NCBI GenBank assembly: GCA_047495785.1
Contig: JBLDXI010000056.1
Location: forward strand, 372,001 to 436,000
Origin: Lepidodermella squamata
Lineage: Eukaryota; Animalia; Gastrotricha
Direction of reading: 5' to 3'
Length of the DNA: 64,000 nt
This document shows positions 13,669-24,700 of the stretch, one piece after another. A program made the translations under genes and the position numbers. The first letter of the stretch is position 1; each line of letters starts with the position of its first letter. The notes beneath the pieces are model-generated. The model made no database searches. It had not been told where the DNA came from and saw nothing but the letters and a program-made list of their open reading frames with translations.

Positions 13669-15328
13669 TTAGAGCACCAGCCAAACATGAAATATCGCAG
13701 TAGTATGGTTTTATTCTTTGAATTAAAGTATGCGTATTATTTTTTCCCCCGCATTCTTTCATCAACTTCACAACCATGTGGATTTTTCGATGCTGTTTTC
13801 ACCAGTCCATAGATCCATAGAACGCTAACATTGAAAATTCTGTATAAAATTGTGAAGGTCTATTACAACGGAGTTACGAAGCAGTTGAAAAACGGCACGA
13901 GATGCCTTAATCAAAAAGCCTGTGATCTGTGAAATATTTAATAACATCAACCCATCATCCAACCATGAAACAGTGTCCAAGATAGAACGTCGGAATCATG
14001 TGATTTTGAAATGAAGTCATTAGTTCAAATCCTAATATAAAGGATACGCATTGATGTCGGTGGCAGCTTTATCCGGGAATAATGGCTTCTTCAGAGGAAA
14101 TCGAACGAGATAAAATCAATAAGGTAAACCATACTATGAGCTTATGACTTAGAAATGTGTTCATTTTAATGCAATTTTTTTCTACCTTAGTCATCAAATT
14201 TGCGAAAATTTGCGTTTCGACATGTTGTCACTGTACAGTAGTTGCGTTTAGCCGGACACGACCCCGGCTTTGAAAAAAGATTCAATTATTTAACATTTAT
14301 TAACAAGTAGCAGCCTCACAAGGCTGTAATGGCCTTGTTGTCCAAGCCACCAACCCAACAGCCCAACCCCGTCGCAGCTCGCAGCGTTCGTGCACTCTAA
14401 AAAAGATGGGTTGCTCTGAGTAACGGGGATCTCGTCTTCACACAAGAAAGAACGTCGGATCGGAGACCTCCAAAACTACCGCCCGAAGTGCGTCCGAACC
14501 GAAGTGTAGCTGCTCACTATTATTACACGCGCACCGAGAGACATAATATGGGTGCTTGACTGCGACTGGCCGTAAACATGAACATTCAAGCCATCATGGG
14601 CTTTAAGATGAGTCATGAAATTAAATTCGAATATAGTACCAATCGTTGCATTTTTTTCTTCCAAAGTCACGCACGTCGCAAGAAAAGCGAAGGCCGGCAA
14701 AACCACGATCGGCGCTCGGCACGGCAAGAAAAATGTATTAATGATAAGCAAATTATGCGCCTTATTCACATAATTTTTTGATGAAATTTATATTGTTATA
14801 ATTGGTTGAATATTTGTTATCCCGAGAATTGGTTGAACAAGCAAGATAGTCAGGGTCGAGGTCAGCCTCATAGCTTTGTTCGAACAGTTGGCAAAGGATT
14901 GCTGAGTCACATCGTCACAGGCCACGCCTTGATCATAAACACTAAAACTTCAATTTCCCTTAGTTTTCAAATTTTCAACAGTAAGAACTAAGAATTTATT
15001 CTACTACCAACTTCTTAATTTTTGGCAAGCCACCCTGTTTCATGAAATGCCGGTTTGTGCAAATACGCCACTAGTTGTGTTTATAATATTTCAGGAATTT
15101 GTATGCAAGTAAGGCAGAAATTTCTATTTGAGCCCCACACGCCTCCGTCATCGAGTTATCATTCACCAAGTGCATCGGTATCCCCGAGACACGTGAACAC
15201 GCCTCGTTATCCGGCTGAATCGGAATTTTAACAGCTGGCGAAGTTCGCCCGGGCGATGCCTATTTAATCGCAAGGATACGCTGCACATTTTTCATAATAT
15301 ATTTTTCGTTTGGAATTTTGGTTGTAAC

Positions 15329-16242
15329 ATGAACAAGCTCATCCTTCTTATTCTTGTGGCGGTGAGTTCCAAGCCTGCATGAGATCTTTTTCCATCATTA
15401 TGTCATATTTTATGTAACAGGCATCATTCGCCGCTGTGATGGCTGTGACGGCAGAGGAAAACAACGGCTTTGTGGCGCGCGAGGCTGTGTACGAAGAAGA
15501 GATTGCTCGTGAAACAAAGAAGAAGGAAAAGAAGCCCACACCTCCCATTTCAAAGCCACCAAAGGCGTCGCGCGAGGCTGCCTACGAAGAAGAGATTGCT
15601 CGTGAAACAAAGAAGAAGGAAAAGAAGCCCACACCTCCCATTTCAAAGCCACCAAAGGCGTCGCGCGAGGCTGTGTACGAAGAAGAGATTGCTCGTGAAA
15701 CAAAGAAGAAGGAAAAGAAGCCCACACCTCCCATTTCAAAGCCACCAAAGGCGTCGCGCGAGGCTGCCTACGAAGAAGAGATTGCTCGTGAAACAAAGAA
15801 GAAGGAAAAGAAGCCCACACCTCCCATTTCAAAGCCACCAAAGGCGTCGCGCGAGGCTGCCTACGAAGAAGAGATTGCTCGTGAAACAAAGAAGAAGGAA
15901 AAGAAGCCCACACCTCCCATTTCAAAGCCACCAAAGGCGTCGCGCGAGGCTGCCTACGAAGAAGAGATTGCTCGTGAAACAAAGAAGAAGGAAAAGAAGC
16001 CCACACCTCCCATTTCAAAGCCACCAAAGGCGTCGCGCGAGGCTGCCTACGAAGAAGAGATTGCTCGTGAAACAAAGAAGAAGGAAAAGAAGCCCACACC
16101 TCCCATTTCAAAGCCACCAAAGGCGTCGCGCGAGGCTGCCTACGAAGAAGAGATTGCTCGTGAAACAAAGAAGAAGGAAAAGAAGCCCACACCTCCCATT
16201 TCAAAGCCACCAAAGGCGTCGCGCGAGGCAATCAAAATCTGA
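15329..16242 (+). CDS. Secreted multi-copy Lys/Pro-rich peptide precursor (284 aa, 2 exons)
   Basis: Exon 1 15329-15361 (MNKLILLILVA), phase-0 GTGAGT...AACAG intron 15362-15420, exon 2 15421-16242. Splicing creates a signal peptide, followed by 8 x 31-aa units. TATTTAA near 15262 and AATAAA at 16387. Confidence 0.85.
15478..16221 (+). repeat. Coding tandem repeat, 8 x 93 bp
   Basis: Units are identical except GTG/GCC at the V/A position (copies 1 and 3 have V). Confidence 0.97.
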
Positions 16243-17156
16243 GTGATATGGCTGTGAATCAATCACTTGTGGAGCCATTTAAATTTTAGTCAGCCGCGGG
16301 ATCTGGTATGGCTTACACTCTTGTGTTCGTAGTTAAGCACATATTAATCGTGATTCGTGATTACTCTGTGTTTGGTTATTGGAATGAATAAATAATGGAA
16401 TTTCATTCTTCCGGCTTCGCTTTTGAAATCATTGTCGCTAAGGATCGAACATTGCAGAGTGAGAACAAAACCGAGATACCTTTTCGCTCGGGAAAACCCC
16501 AGACATTTGACATTTTCCCACTACGGGAAAGTTAAGTGAAGCATTTTTTGTATAAAAGCTGTAGCTTCCAGTTCTATTTATTTATTTATTTATTTAAGAG
16601 CACAAATCCCAAAGTTGAGAGCTCATAGAAAAGAAAGTTTGCTTGAAGTAAAAATTAGTAGCAGATTATCTTGTCAATTCGGTCCGTTTCAGCATCAGTA
16701 TTTCCAACAAAGATTCAACAATTATAATTTTTTTAGATTAGGTTTAAATATTTATAAACAAGTTGACGGCAAGAAAAGGCATCGTAACAAATTTTGAAAC
16801 CACAATCACATCTTGGCGGTAGGTTAGTGTAGTTCATAATGTCGATTGGGCGATGATGATCGAGGGCAGTCTACCCGCAATTCTACAAATACCTATGCTC
16901 TTACTGATAATTTACTTCCCGTATATCTTCAATTTAGGTGTTTGCAAAACCGAATTTCAGATTTTCCAAAATGCAATCGCACTCAGGATAAAATGTATCG
17001 CAAATGGCTTTCTTTTCGAAACGTTCAAACCTTCACCTGTTGTATTTAGGCTGGCGAAGTGCTATTTAAAGTTTTTTCGCAACACTCCTTTCACTGCGGC
17101 CGGTATTGATAGCATTTGCATAGGTTAGCAATTTTATCGCCGTACAGTACAGTACA

Positions 17157-17850
17157 GCGATAGCATGTTCTCTAGGGTGAAGATGCCCGTGTATTGAGAG
17201 CACGAAAGCTTGGCATAAAACGTCAAGGTGAATTTTTGAATCGAAACCCCAAGACTGTATCTGCCCAATGCTGTTCACTGTTGTGGTGCCTGGCAGGTTT
17301 TTCGAAAACGGACCTGTTGATGCACTCATCGAATTCTGCGTGATTGACGACTCGAGGAATGAATTTTTCGATGGAACGAACATGTCTATAGAGAATGACA
17401 AAACGACGAAATGTTGGCACGTCATGCGAGTTTTGGCTGCTGTCTTGTTTGCAATAAAACTTATTTGCTCAACATATTTATTGCGTTGGAAACGGATTTA
17501 ATCAATTGCCAAAATAGTATCATAGATTGAATAATCTCAATATCCGTAAAACGCATCTAAATATATCAGAGGGATCACAGGTGCTATTTCAACAAAGAAG
17601 ATTTGGATTTTTTGATGTAAAACACAAAACAAACAAAACAAATCCTGGCGCTAACCGAACAAATCTTTTACCGATGTGAAATATTTTCAAAAAATCACCA
17701 TTATGTTTACCTTTGCATACGTGCTATTCAATTTTTGTCACAGTGAGCATCCAGCTCGTCAGTAAAGACGGTATCACGCTTTTCAACTGTTTTTCGCCTT
17801 ATATCGATGACGCCGTTTATGACATTCGCACACGAACAGCGAGAAGCTGT
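17157..17850 (-). pseudogene. Decayed tandem copy of the 5' end and upstream region of the LamG-pLGIC gene
   Basis: Colinear with about 25194-26110. It has an 8-bp frameshift deletion (ctgaaccactg to ctg) and an approximately 180-bp deletion that removes the ATG and signal peptide. Confidence 0.9.
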
Positions 17851-18400
17851 AAAAAATCCGGAATCCTGAAACCAAGTTTTATAATAAAAACACGCTTTAT
17901 ATAGCGATAAATAAATAGTTTTATTTCACAAGATTCACAAAGAGACATAACAAATCAGACGCATCATAAATCAAAATATATTCGAATTTGCGACGCACAT
18001 TAATCGGACGCCTATCAAGCCCGCAATCTGCTTTGATGCAGGCAGGAAGCATGCTTTGTAGCGTTTGTATAGGCTATCTCTCAGTTCTCAGCAGGATAAA
18101 GAGAAGACATTGGTCGGATGAATTTTTTTTCCCTATTATCAGTCGATCCTTAACGCAAATCATTTTTGTTACTGAGCGGCAATCTGTTAAAATTCCTACC
18201 GTTCGCACCTATAATGAAATACTTAGTCACTGGCTGTCAATATTGGCGTTTATTTCTGTGGATTTTTACCATATGCAATATGTCATAGTTTATGCATTAA
18301 TCATTATGGTATTAGAAAATTAGAAAATTAGAAAAGGATAGCGAAATCACAAAAATAGAGATATGTCAGATTTGAATTGATTTTTGTCCTTGTGAATTGT

Positions 18401-18724
18401 TCACATATTCCGCAAAACAAACCATAGTGTAAAGCCATAAAAAGCAACGGCGCCCACGAAAGCGATGGCATCCAAAAAGCGAACCAAACTGATATGGCCC
18501 CCGAACAACCTCTTCATCTCGCGTTTGCCATCCACAAAGTAGGAACAAGCCAGCCACAGCGCCATCATCTGATAAAGCGTAACCACGGCCGAGAACCATG
18601 CCATCCACTGCATGTAAGTGCTCAAAATCGTACTCTCTGTGTTAGGAGCCTGGCCAATGACCTCAGTTTGACTGACAGCCATAGCCAGTAGAATCGTGAC
18701 TGTAAACGAGGGGCGCTCAGGAAT
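18401..18724 (-). CDS. M2-M3-M4 segment of the Cys-loop receptor, displaced by an insertion
   Basis: IPERPSFTVTILLAMAVSQTEV is M2 (6' T, 9' L), followed by M3, a short loop and LDAIAFVGAVAFYGFTLWFV (M4). An in-frame TGA lies immediately upstream of the Ile codon. Confidence 0.88.
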   Translation of the reverse strand: MPERPSFTVTILLAMAVSQTEVIGQAPNTESTILSTYMQWMAWFSAVVTLYQMMALWLACSYFVDGKREMKRLFGGHISLVRFLDAIAFVGAVAFYGFTLWFVLRNM

Positions 18725-20263
18725 TCACACGCGAAAAATAACGTGTTTCCTGTATTGGCCTTGTTGTTGTTGTTTCAATTCCCTGGTTAACTATGATGAG
18801 AAATTGGCAGGATAAGACTTGTTTTTACATTCCATACGCACTATTGTGATGATCAACATAATCAACTTTTCTTCCATCTATTATCGTGGCGAAATAACAG
18901 CTGTTCTTATTTTCAATAAACTGCAATTTTTCCATTTTCCGATTTTTTACTCACTCAACTTTTTTCAACACTCATTGAGTTTCCAAGTGAAAAATTTATC
19001 ACGTTAACAAAGGTATGACAAGTTGGTAAGTTTTGTTATCGTTGGTAGCCCGTCGTAAACGGCGAGAACGTGAAGATATTAACTGCAGATACGTTGGCCT
19101 GAAATTCACCGTCGTAGTCCGAGTTAAGCAGTTTCGGATCGCCCATGCGGCCGTTGTCGAAGATGGAACTGTCGAAACGTAAGATTATGCAGAATATTGG
19201 GACCACTGCTGTTCTTTCGGCCTAAACCAAACAACCGCCTCATCGTCCGCGCAATTCCCGTTACAATGCGGCGCTATAAAATAAAAGAGGTTATTTTTAA
19301 TGTGACGATATAACGCAATTAGCAGCTGGCTGTACTTAAACTTGAGAGGTTTAACCTAGCACTAATTTTTTTTGTAGTGTCACTTTTCTATCGATAAATT
19401 CCCCCTTCTCAAAGTGCTAGCCGAGCCTTAAACTGAAAGTCGCATAACCCTTTTCTAACTTGTCCAGTTTTTTTCCATGCATGGCACGAAATCGAACTAA
19501 TCAGCATATTATGGAAAATCTTTTGGGTTCTATAAAATTAACTAAACTTACCATGCTATTATTTTAACATCGGCTCTTCTTCTAATTCTCCTAATATGAC
19601 GTGGCCGGGCATTCTAACAAGCAGCAGGTCCAAGTCCAGGTCCCATGGTTGTTATTAAACTTTCAGTAAATATCTATACAAAAGGAATTTTTTCAAAATT
19701 TGCGAAAAAATGATATTTCATTTTTGTTGGGCCTTTTCTTTTTAGGCCTTGATGAGCCCTCCAGGGGTCGTCTTTGAACATCCGTCTGACTGATAGAAAA
19801 CATGGCAAGCAAGATTTGATTGAAAAAATACATAGATTGATGGACATGGACAGAGGATAGAGAGTGAGAGACAGACAGATAGAGACGGAGATGACTAAGA
19901 GAAAGAATGATAGAGAGAGAGAGAAGGAGAAAGTGAGATAGAGAGAGAATAAAACGCGATGAGATGAGACATGTAATTATCTATCGCCAGCGCTAAGTGC
20001 CACGCGAGATTGGATATCTCATTCGATTCTTGGAAACCCAAATTTTTCAATAATTCAAGAATATGTTTCAAAACTTCAAAAATTGCTCCTATAATCGAGT
20101 AGAGAATAACCAAGCAACTAAGTCCTATTGAGATTAATTTTAGCGTGTAGAAAATCAACACTTGAAATCAATGGAATAAATATCAACAAAGTTCCAAAGT
20201 TACTGATAAATTAATTTGATCGGCTCAATAGACAAGCCAAAATAAACAAAAAAAAACAGAATT

Positions 20264-20578
20264 TTAACGCCTAGGTTTTTTCTCGAGATTTGTAATGTAA
20301 GGCCACCAAGCTTCGATCAGCTGCTGCTCAGCCACCACCCCGTTATCGGTCACGGCAAGAACGTGAAACGAAAACGGGAAAGCTGGATATGGCTGGCCAA
20401 GTTTAAAGAAAAAATGGCCGAGCGTCATATCCAACTGCGCTGTGGTGATACAGCTCAGATGTTCGCTGTATCGATCGAACAGCTTTTCGGTGGTTCCTAA
20501 ATAATTTAGATCCCCACCCACAAAATCACGAATGAGATATAAGAGTCTCACGTGGCACTGAGTGTTGAAGTTATCCAA
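20264..20578 (-). pseudogene. GIY-YIG endonuclease domain fragment (Penelope-like EN type)
   Basis: LLYLIRD...NYLGTT-EKLFDRYSEH...AEQQLI...P..TN matches the GIY...YIG-T...R..EH...E...I...N pattern. The ORF begins at TTG just after a stop codon. I saw no reverse transcriptase nearby. Confidence 0.75.
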
Positions 20579-20720
20579 TTATGCAATTGAGAAATGCAGT
20601 TGTGCAAAAGTGTAACTGAAGCAACTCCAAGTTGTTTTTTTAACAAATAAATATATCTAGTTGATAACATCGGAATATCTCGCAATTGACAAGTTAGCGT
20701 ATGTCAGGTAATGTAATCAT

Positions 20721-20757
20721 ACTAGGCGCGCATGCGAGCGGAGCGAGCATGTGCGCC
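20721..20757 (-). mobile_element. Helitron/Helentron-like 3' terminus
   Basis: A GC-rich hairpin (ggcgcgcatgc-gagcggagcga-gcatgtgcgcc) abuts CTAG|T on the minus strand. Confidence 0.5.
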
Positions 20758-21291
20758 ATAATGCTGTAAACTAGAACGATTAACTTAGTTGCTGTTTAAT
20801 ACAAGTATTTGTTAATTGATTAATTAGGCTGATTGTTAATCAACTATGTAACATGTAAAGACTATGTAAAGATTGACTATGCGAGAGTATAGATATGTCT
20901 CCCCTTAGTAAGCATTCAATAGAGACACACGTAACAGGTAAGAGTAAGACCATTTTGTGTGCATTTTTTTAGTGTTTTAAAGAAAAATTGCAGTAACTTG
21001 TTAAAACTAGCCTAGATTGTACTAGAACCGCTTAGCAACGTTTCGCCTGGTGATGTACGATGAACTTTGTACTTTGGACCACAGCAGCAGCAGGCAGAGC
21101 TCTCTGATGCGCGCGGGTGCCAACAAAAATCGCCTAGGCTCGACCTAGCCACGTGCGTACCGCTAATTTTTAAATTAAAATTTTTACCCGAATTGAGCAA
21201 ATTATTTTAATTAAATTCTAAATTTAATTTTACATATAATTTGAAATTTTGTAAATTAAATCACGTGACGCGAGTTGCGAGCAGCAGGGCC

Positions 21292-21720
21292 TGAAAGACG
21301 GAAAGATAAAGGAAAGATAGGAAAGATTACTCCTGAAAGAATAAAGAGGCATTAAATTAAAGACGGAAAGATAAAGGAAAGATAGGAAAGATTACTCCTG
21401 AAAGAATAAAGAGGCATTAAATTAAAGACGGAAAGATAAAGGAAAGATAGGAAAGATTACTCCTGAAAGAATAAAGAGGCATGAAAGACGGAAAGATAAA
21501 GGAAAGATAGGAAAGATTACTCCTGAAAGAATAAAGAGGCATGAAAGACGGAAAGATAAAGGAAAGATAGGAAAGATTACTCCTGAAAGAATAAAGAGGC
21601 ATGAAAGACGGAAAGATAAAGGAAAGATAGGAAAGATTACTCCTGAAAGAATAAAGAGGCATGAAAGACGGAAAGATAAAGGAAAGATAGGAAAGATTAC
21701 TCCTGAAAGAATAAAGAGGC
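21292..21720. repeat. Purine-rich 60-bp tandem array, about 7 copies
   Basis: Unit atgaaagacggaaagataaaggaaagataggaaagattactcctgaaagaataaagaggc. Four exact copies at 21481-21720 plus three variants. Confidence 0.97.
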
Positions 21721-24700
21721 ATCGCAGGCGCCATGAGGAAAGTCGCAAGATCCAACCCACCTAAAATCGCAGTGGGCAAGAACAAATTCCCAATATAGTA
21801 GTTAGGCGAGCGTTTTAGAGTAACTTCAAACACAGCGGTCGTAACATTGAAGCCATTGAAGCGGGCCCAAGATAAGTAGGATCTCAAATCCGTAACAGAC
21901 CACTCTGAGTTTTGAACGGCGTCAATATCCCACAGAAAGTTTGGCGGATCAATGAATGTCAAAATTCTCTTCGATCTTTGAAGGCTGTACTCAAAGTAAC
22001 AATTTTGTTCATCAAAGGGAAAGTCCTTCATGTTCTGGTTGCAATCTGCCTTGAAGTAGCCTTCTCTGGTCCAGTAGAATCGGTAGGTTTTGTTGGGACT
22101 CGGCGGCGAGCCAACACCATCCATAGTCATTAGAAAATCGTCTCCGACAGCAACGTCTTTCATATAGATGTTTGATTGGGCACTGTTTAGGAACCGCAAT
22201 TTCGGTAGCCATACTTCTTCCGGTTTAGCAACGTAGATTTGCTCCTTCGGCCGTTTCGCAATAGGGTCGGTCGAGTTCTTTGGACATGTGCTGACCGACC
22301 AAGTCAACAAAACTACTCCACTCACAGAGATTGTGTCATCAGCGCTAGATATTTCGAGTAAACCGGGCACTTGAAAAGTCATGTTAACATAAGATGGGAT
22401 CGATTGGTCAACTTGAAGAGGTGCGAAGCGCGAACTTTCGAAATGGTCACAGTGTTTCAAGATATTGTTGGCTGTATCAAAAGCCTGACTAGGCGGAGGT
22501 TCTTTGCCTCCGTCAAGAACAGGGAAAGCCTTTTGAACCGTGGTCACCGTTCCCAATTTTGTTGACCCATCAGCGAAGTAGATAGACCTACTTTCCTTCG
22601 GAGATGCCATTACGTTGAAACCGTCATCGTCGTTTTGCAAGGGTAGAGAGGATGAGACAGATGTTGTACTTATTGTCGTAGAAGTGGTTGTCATCGGCTT
22701 GCCGCAGGATTCTGGCAACTTGCGAACATCTTCGTCACTCAAAGCAATCGAATAGAAGGAAACGCAAGCTAGCTCGTGATAACTGTTCGTATCTTCTGAG
22801 GGATTTTCTGAGTTGCTGCCAAGTCTTGTGTTGTAGAATCCGAGTTTATCTGCTACCTGGATTACCGGATTACCGCTGGCGACGCTGCATGAAGCCTCTG
22901 CATCTGTTTGTCTCATTACGCATGATTTCATTAGTAAGGTGGTCCAATTATACGCAAAGGCCATGAACTGCCACGAACTCTGGGATATATAAGGTGCTGA
23001 TGCAACGACGTCGGTGATATAATTCGATCCATTCCTTACTCGCAATCTGATGGTTCTATCAGACTCCAGAGTTGCTGCCATAGTATCTGATCGGAAAATG
23101 TCACGGCTCTTGTCAACTGTCGACCTGTGGTAAAATGATAGTGTGAAAGAAAGAGGAACAATGGTCATAGCTGAAGGTCCGACACCGGCGGAGGATATCA
23201 TAGCTCCCAGTCCAAAAGGCCCTCCAGCAACCATGGGCCCTAATGCGGTTCTTGTTGGGGCAATAGCCGCGCCAAATTTGTCGAATAACTTTGTTCCAGC
23301 TTCCGAACTCAGTGGAGCATGAAATACCAAGCTTGATTTTTGAGGCAATAGGTCGAAGGTCGCTGGAGCGCTTCTTGAACTCATCTTTTTCCCGCATGCA
23401 ATAGTTAGATTCGAGATTTCCAACGGCGTAAGAGCTGCCGAGAATAGGCTGATGCAAGACATTCGCTCATTAGCGCTGTTCATCAATAGATTATGTGTGC
23501 CGTTATTTGCAGTGCCAATTTGGTAATCATTGAAAATGGGAAATGCAGGTGATAACGTAACTTGCTCTGCTGTTGCCAAAGCCTGAGGGAGATCATCTCC
23601 CAGTTTCTGCACGAAACCTGTCAAAATTCCTTTGTTATAGGTGAAGGCGATTAGTTGCCATGTATTAATTGGAGAGTATTGGAGACCATTGGTCAGCTTC
23701 ATCTCTGCACCATCGCGGAACCAAAACTTTCCATTCGAACAAACTATTTGCATCCGATTTGCGTTGACAACTGGAGCTGGAGAATTACATGGTCCGTAAT
23801 AGAAAAACGCAAACGTGAACGAGTTCTTGTTAAGAATACAAACAATCTTCATGCCTAATCCGTCGGTAGTGTAAGAACCTTCGCCATATGGACCGTCAGT
23901 TAATGTAATTACATTTCGAGGGTCCGTACTGAGCCCTTTTGTTCCCCCGAATTTGTTGAAAACAGACTTATTAGCCTTAGGACCCGCTGGCATGTAGAAA
24001 ACAAGATTTTCTCTCTTCGGCATCCAGTCGAAAAAATCGGGTAGAGCTGGTGATCGTTCCGATGGTTTTCCGCAAACATATGGCAAGAGCCGAATCTCGT
24101 CAGGACTTAATACAGCCTTATGAATCGTCAGACAAGCCAAAGCATCGGGCGGTCTGGCCGAATACAAAATTGTATCAGAACCATGTCCCACGAAAAGGGT
24201 AAGCTTTCGGTAGTAATTTCCGATCAATTCATATGCAATGCTGCTAGCTGAAGGCCCAGCTACCATGTTGTCACCACCAGGCAGTTGATAATAAGTTTTA
24301 TGTTCCCCAGTTTTCCCGTTGACAGCTATCGCAATGAAAATCCACTCGCTAACATTTACATAAGGGATTTTAGTCGATGGCGAGCTGTAAGTTTTGCTAG
24401 TTGGATTGTAACCTTGATATATGATGCCTTTACCTGGTTCGCAAGCCGCAGAGACGAGATTTTCTATGAAAAAGATCCCGCTAAGCTGATTACAGGTACT
24501 TTTGTAGTAAAATGAAATCGTGAATATTGACATTGCTGGCGTTTCACGAAGCAAAGATAGCCAATCCCCGCTTAATTCTGCTGATATTGATCCTAAGCCA
24601 TGCGGGCCTATTTTATCCGTAGCAACACCCGTTGTATCATGCTGGCCGAAACCTTCGCCAAGCCTCTTTACTAGCATTGCTGTTCGAAAGTTGTCCGAGC

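Larger units (their letters stand above)
18725..21720. mobile_element. Composite 3-kb insertion between M1 and M2 of the channel gene
   Basis: It separates FLMAPA from (I)PERPSF, which join into a normal M1-M2 loop. It contains a GA-rich tract (about 19850-19950), a GIY-YIG fragment, a hairpin-CTAG end and a 60-bp array. Confidence 0.75.

Noticed and set aside
14230-14935. Possible solo LTR upstream of the peptide gene
   Set aside because: LTR-like texture only; I could not identify TG...CA ends with a target-site duplication.
15410-16246. Long antisense (273 aa) and alternative-frame (258 aa) ORFs over the 93-bp array
   Set aside because: A stop-free unit whose length is a multiple of 3 keeps these frames open automatically. 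Only the frame joined to the signal-peptide exon has gene signals.
19028-19670. Exon-like pieces inside the insertion (acceptor near 19274, donor near 19551)
   Set aside because: Frames are short and stop-interrupted, and I recognise no protein family. They cannot serve as channel exons because none is missing.
19745-19775. Hammerhead ribozyme near the GIY-YIG fragment (ttgatgag-stem)
   Set aside because: The core reads TTGATGA rather than CTGATGA and the required GAAA does not follow the stem.
21292-21720. The 60-bp and 93-bp arrays as CRISPR arrays
   Set aside because: They are head-to-tail repeats without unique spacers, there are no cas genes, and the context is eukaryotic.
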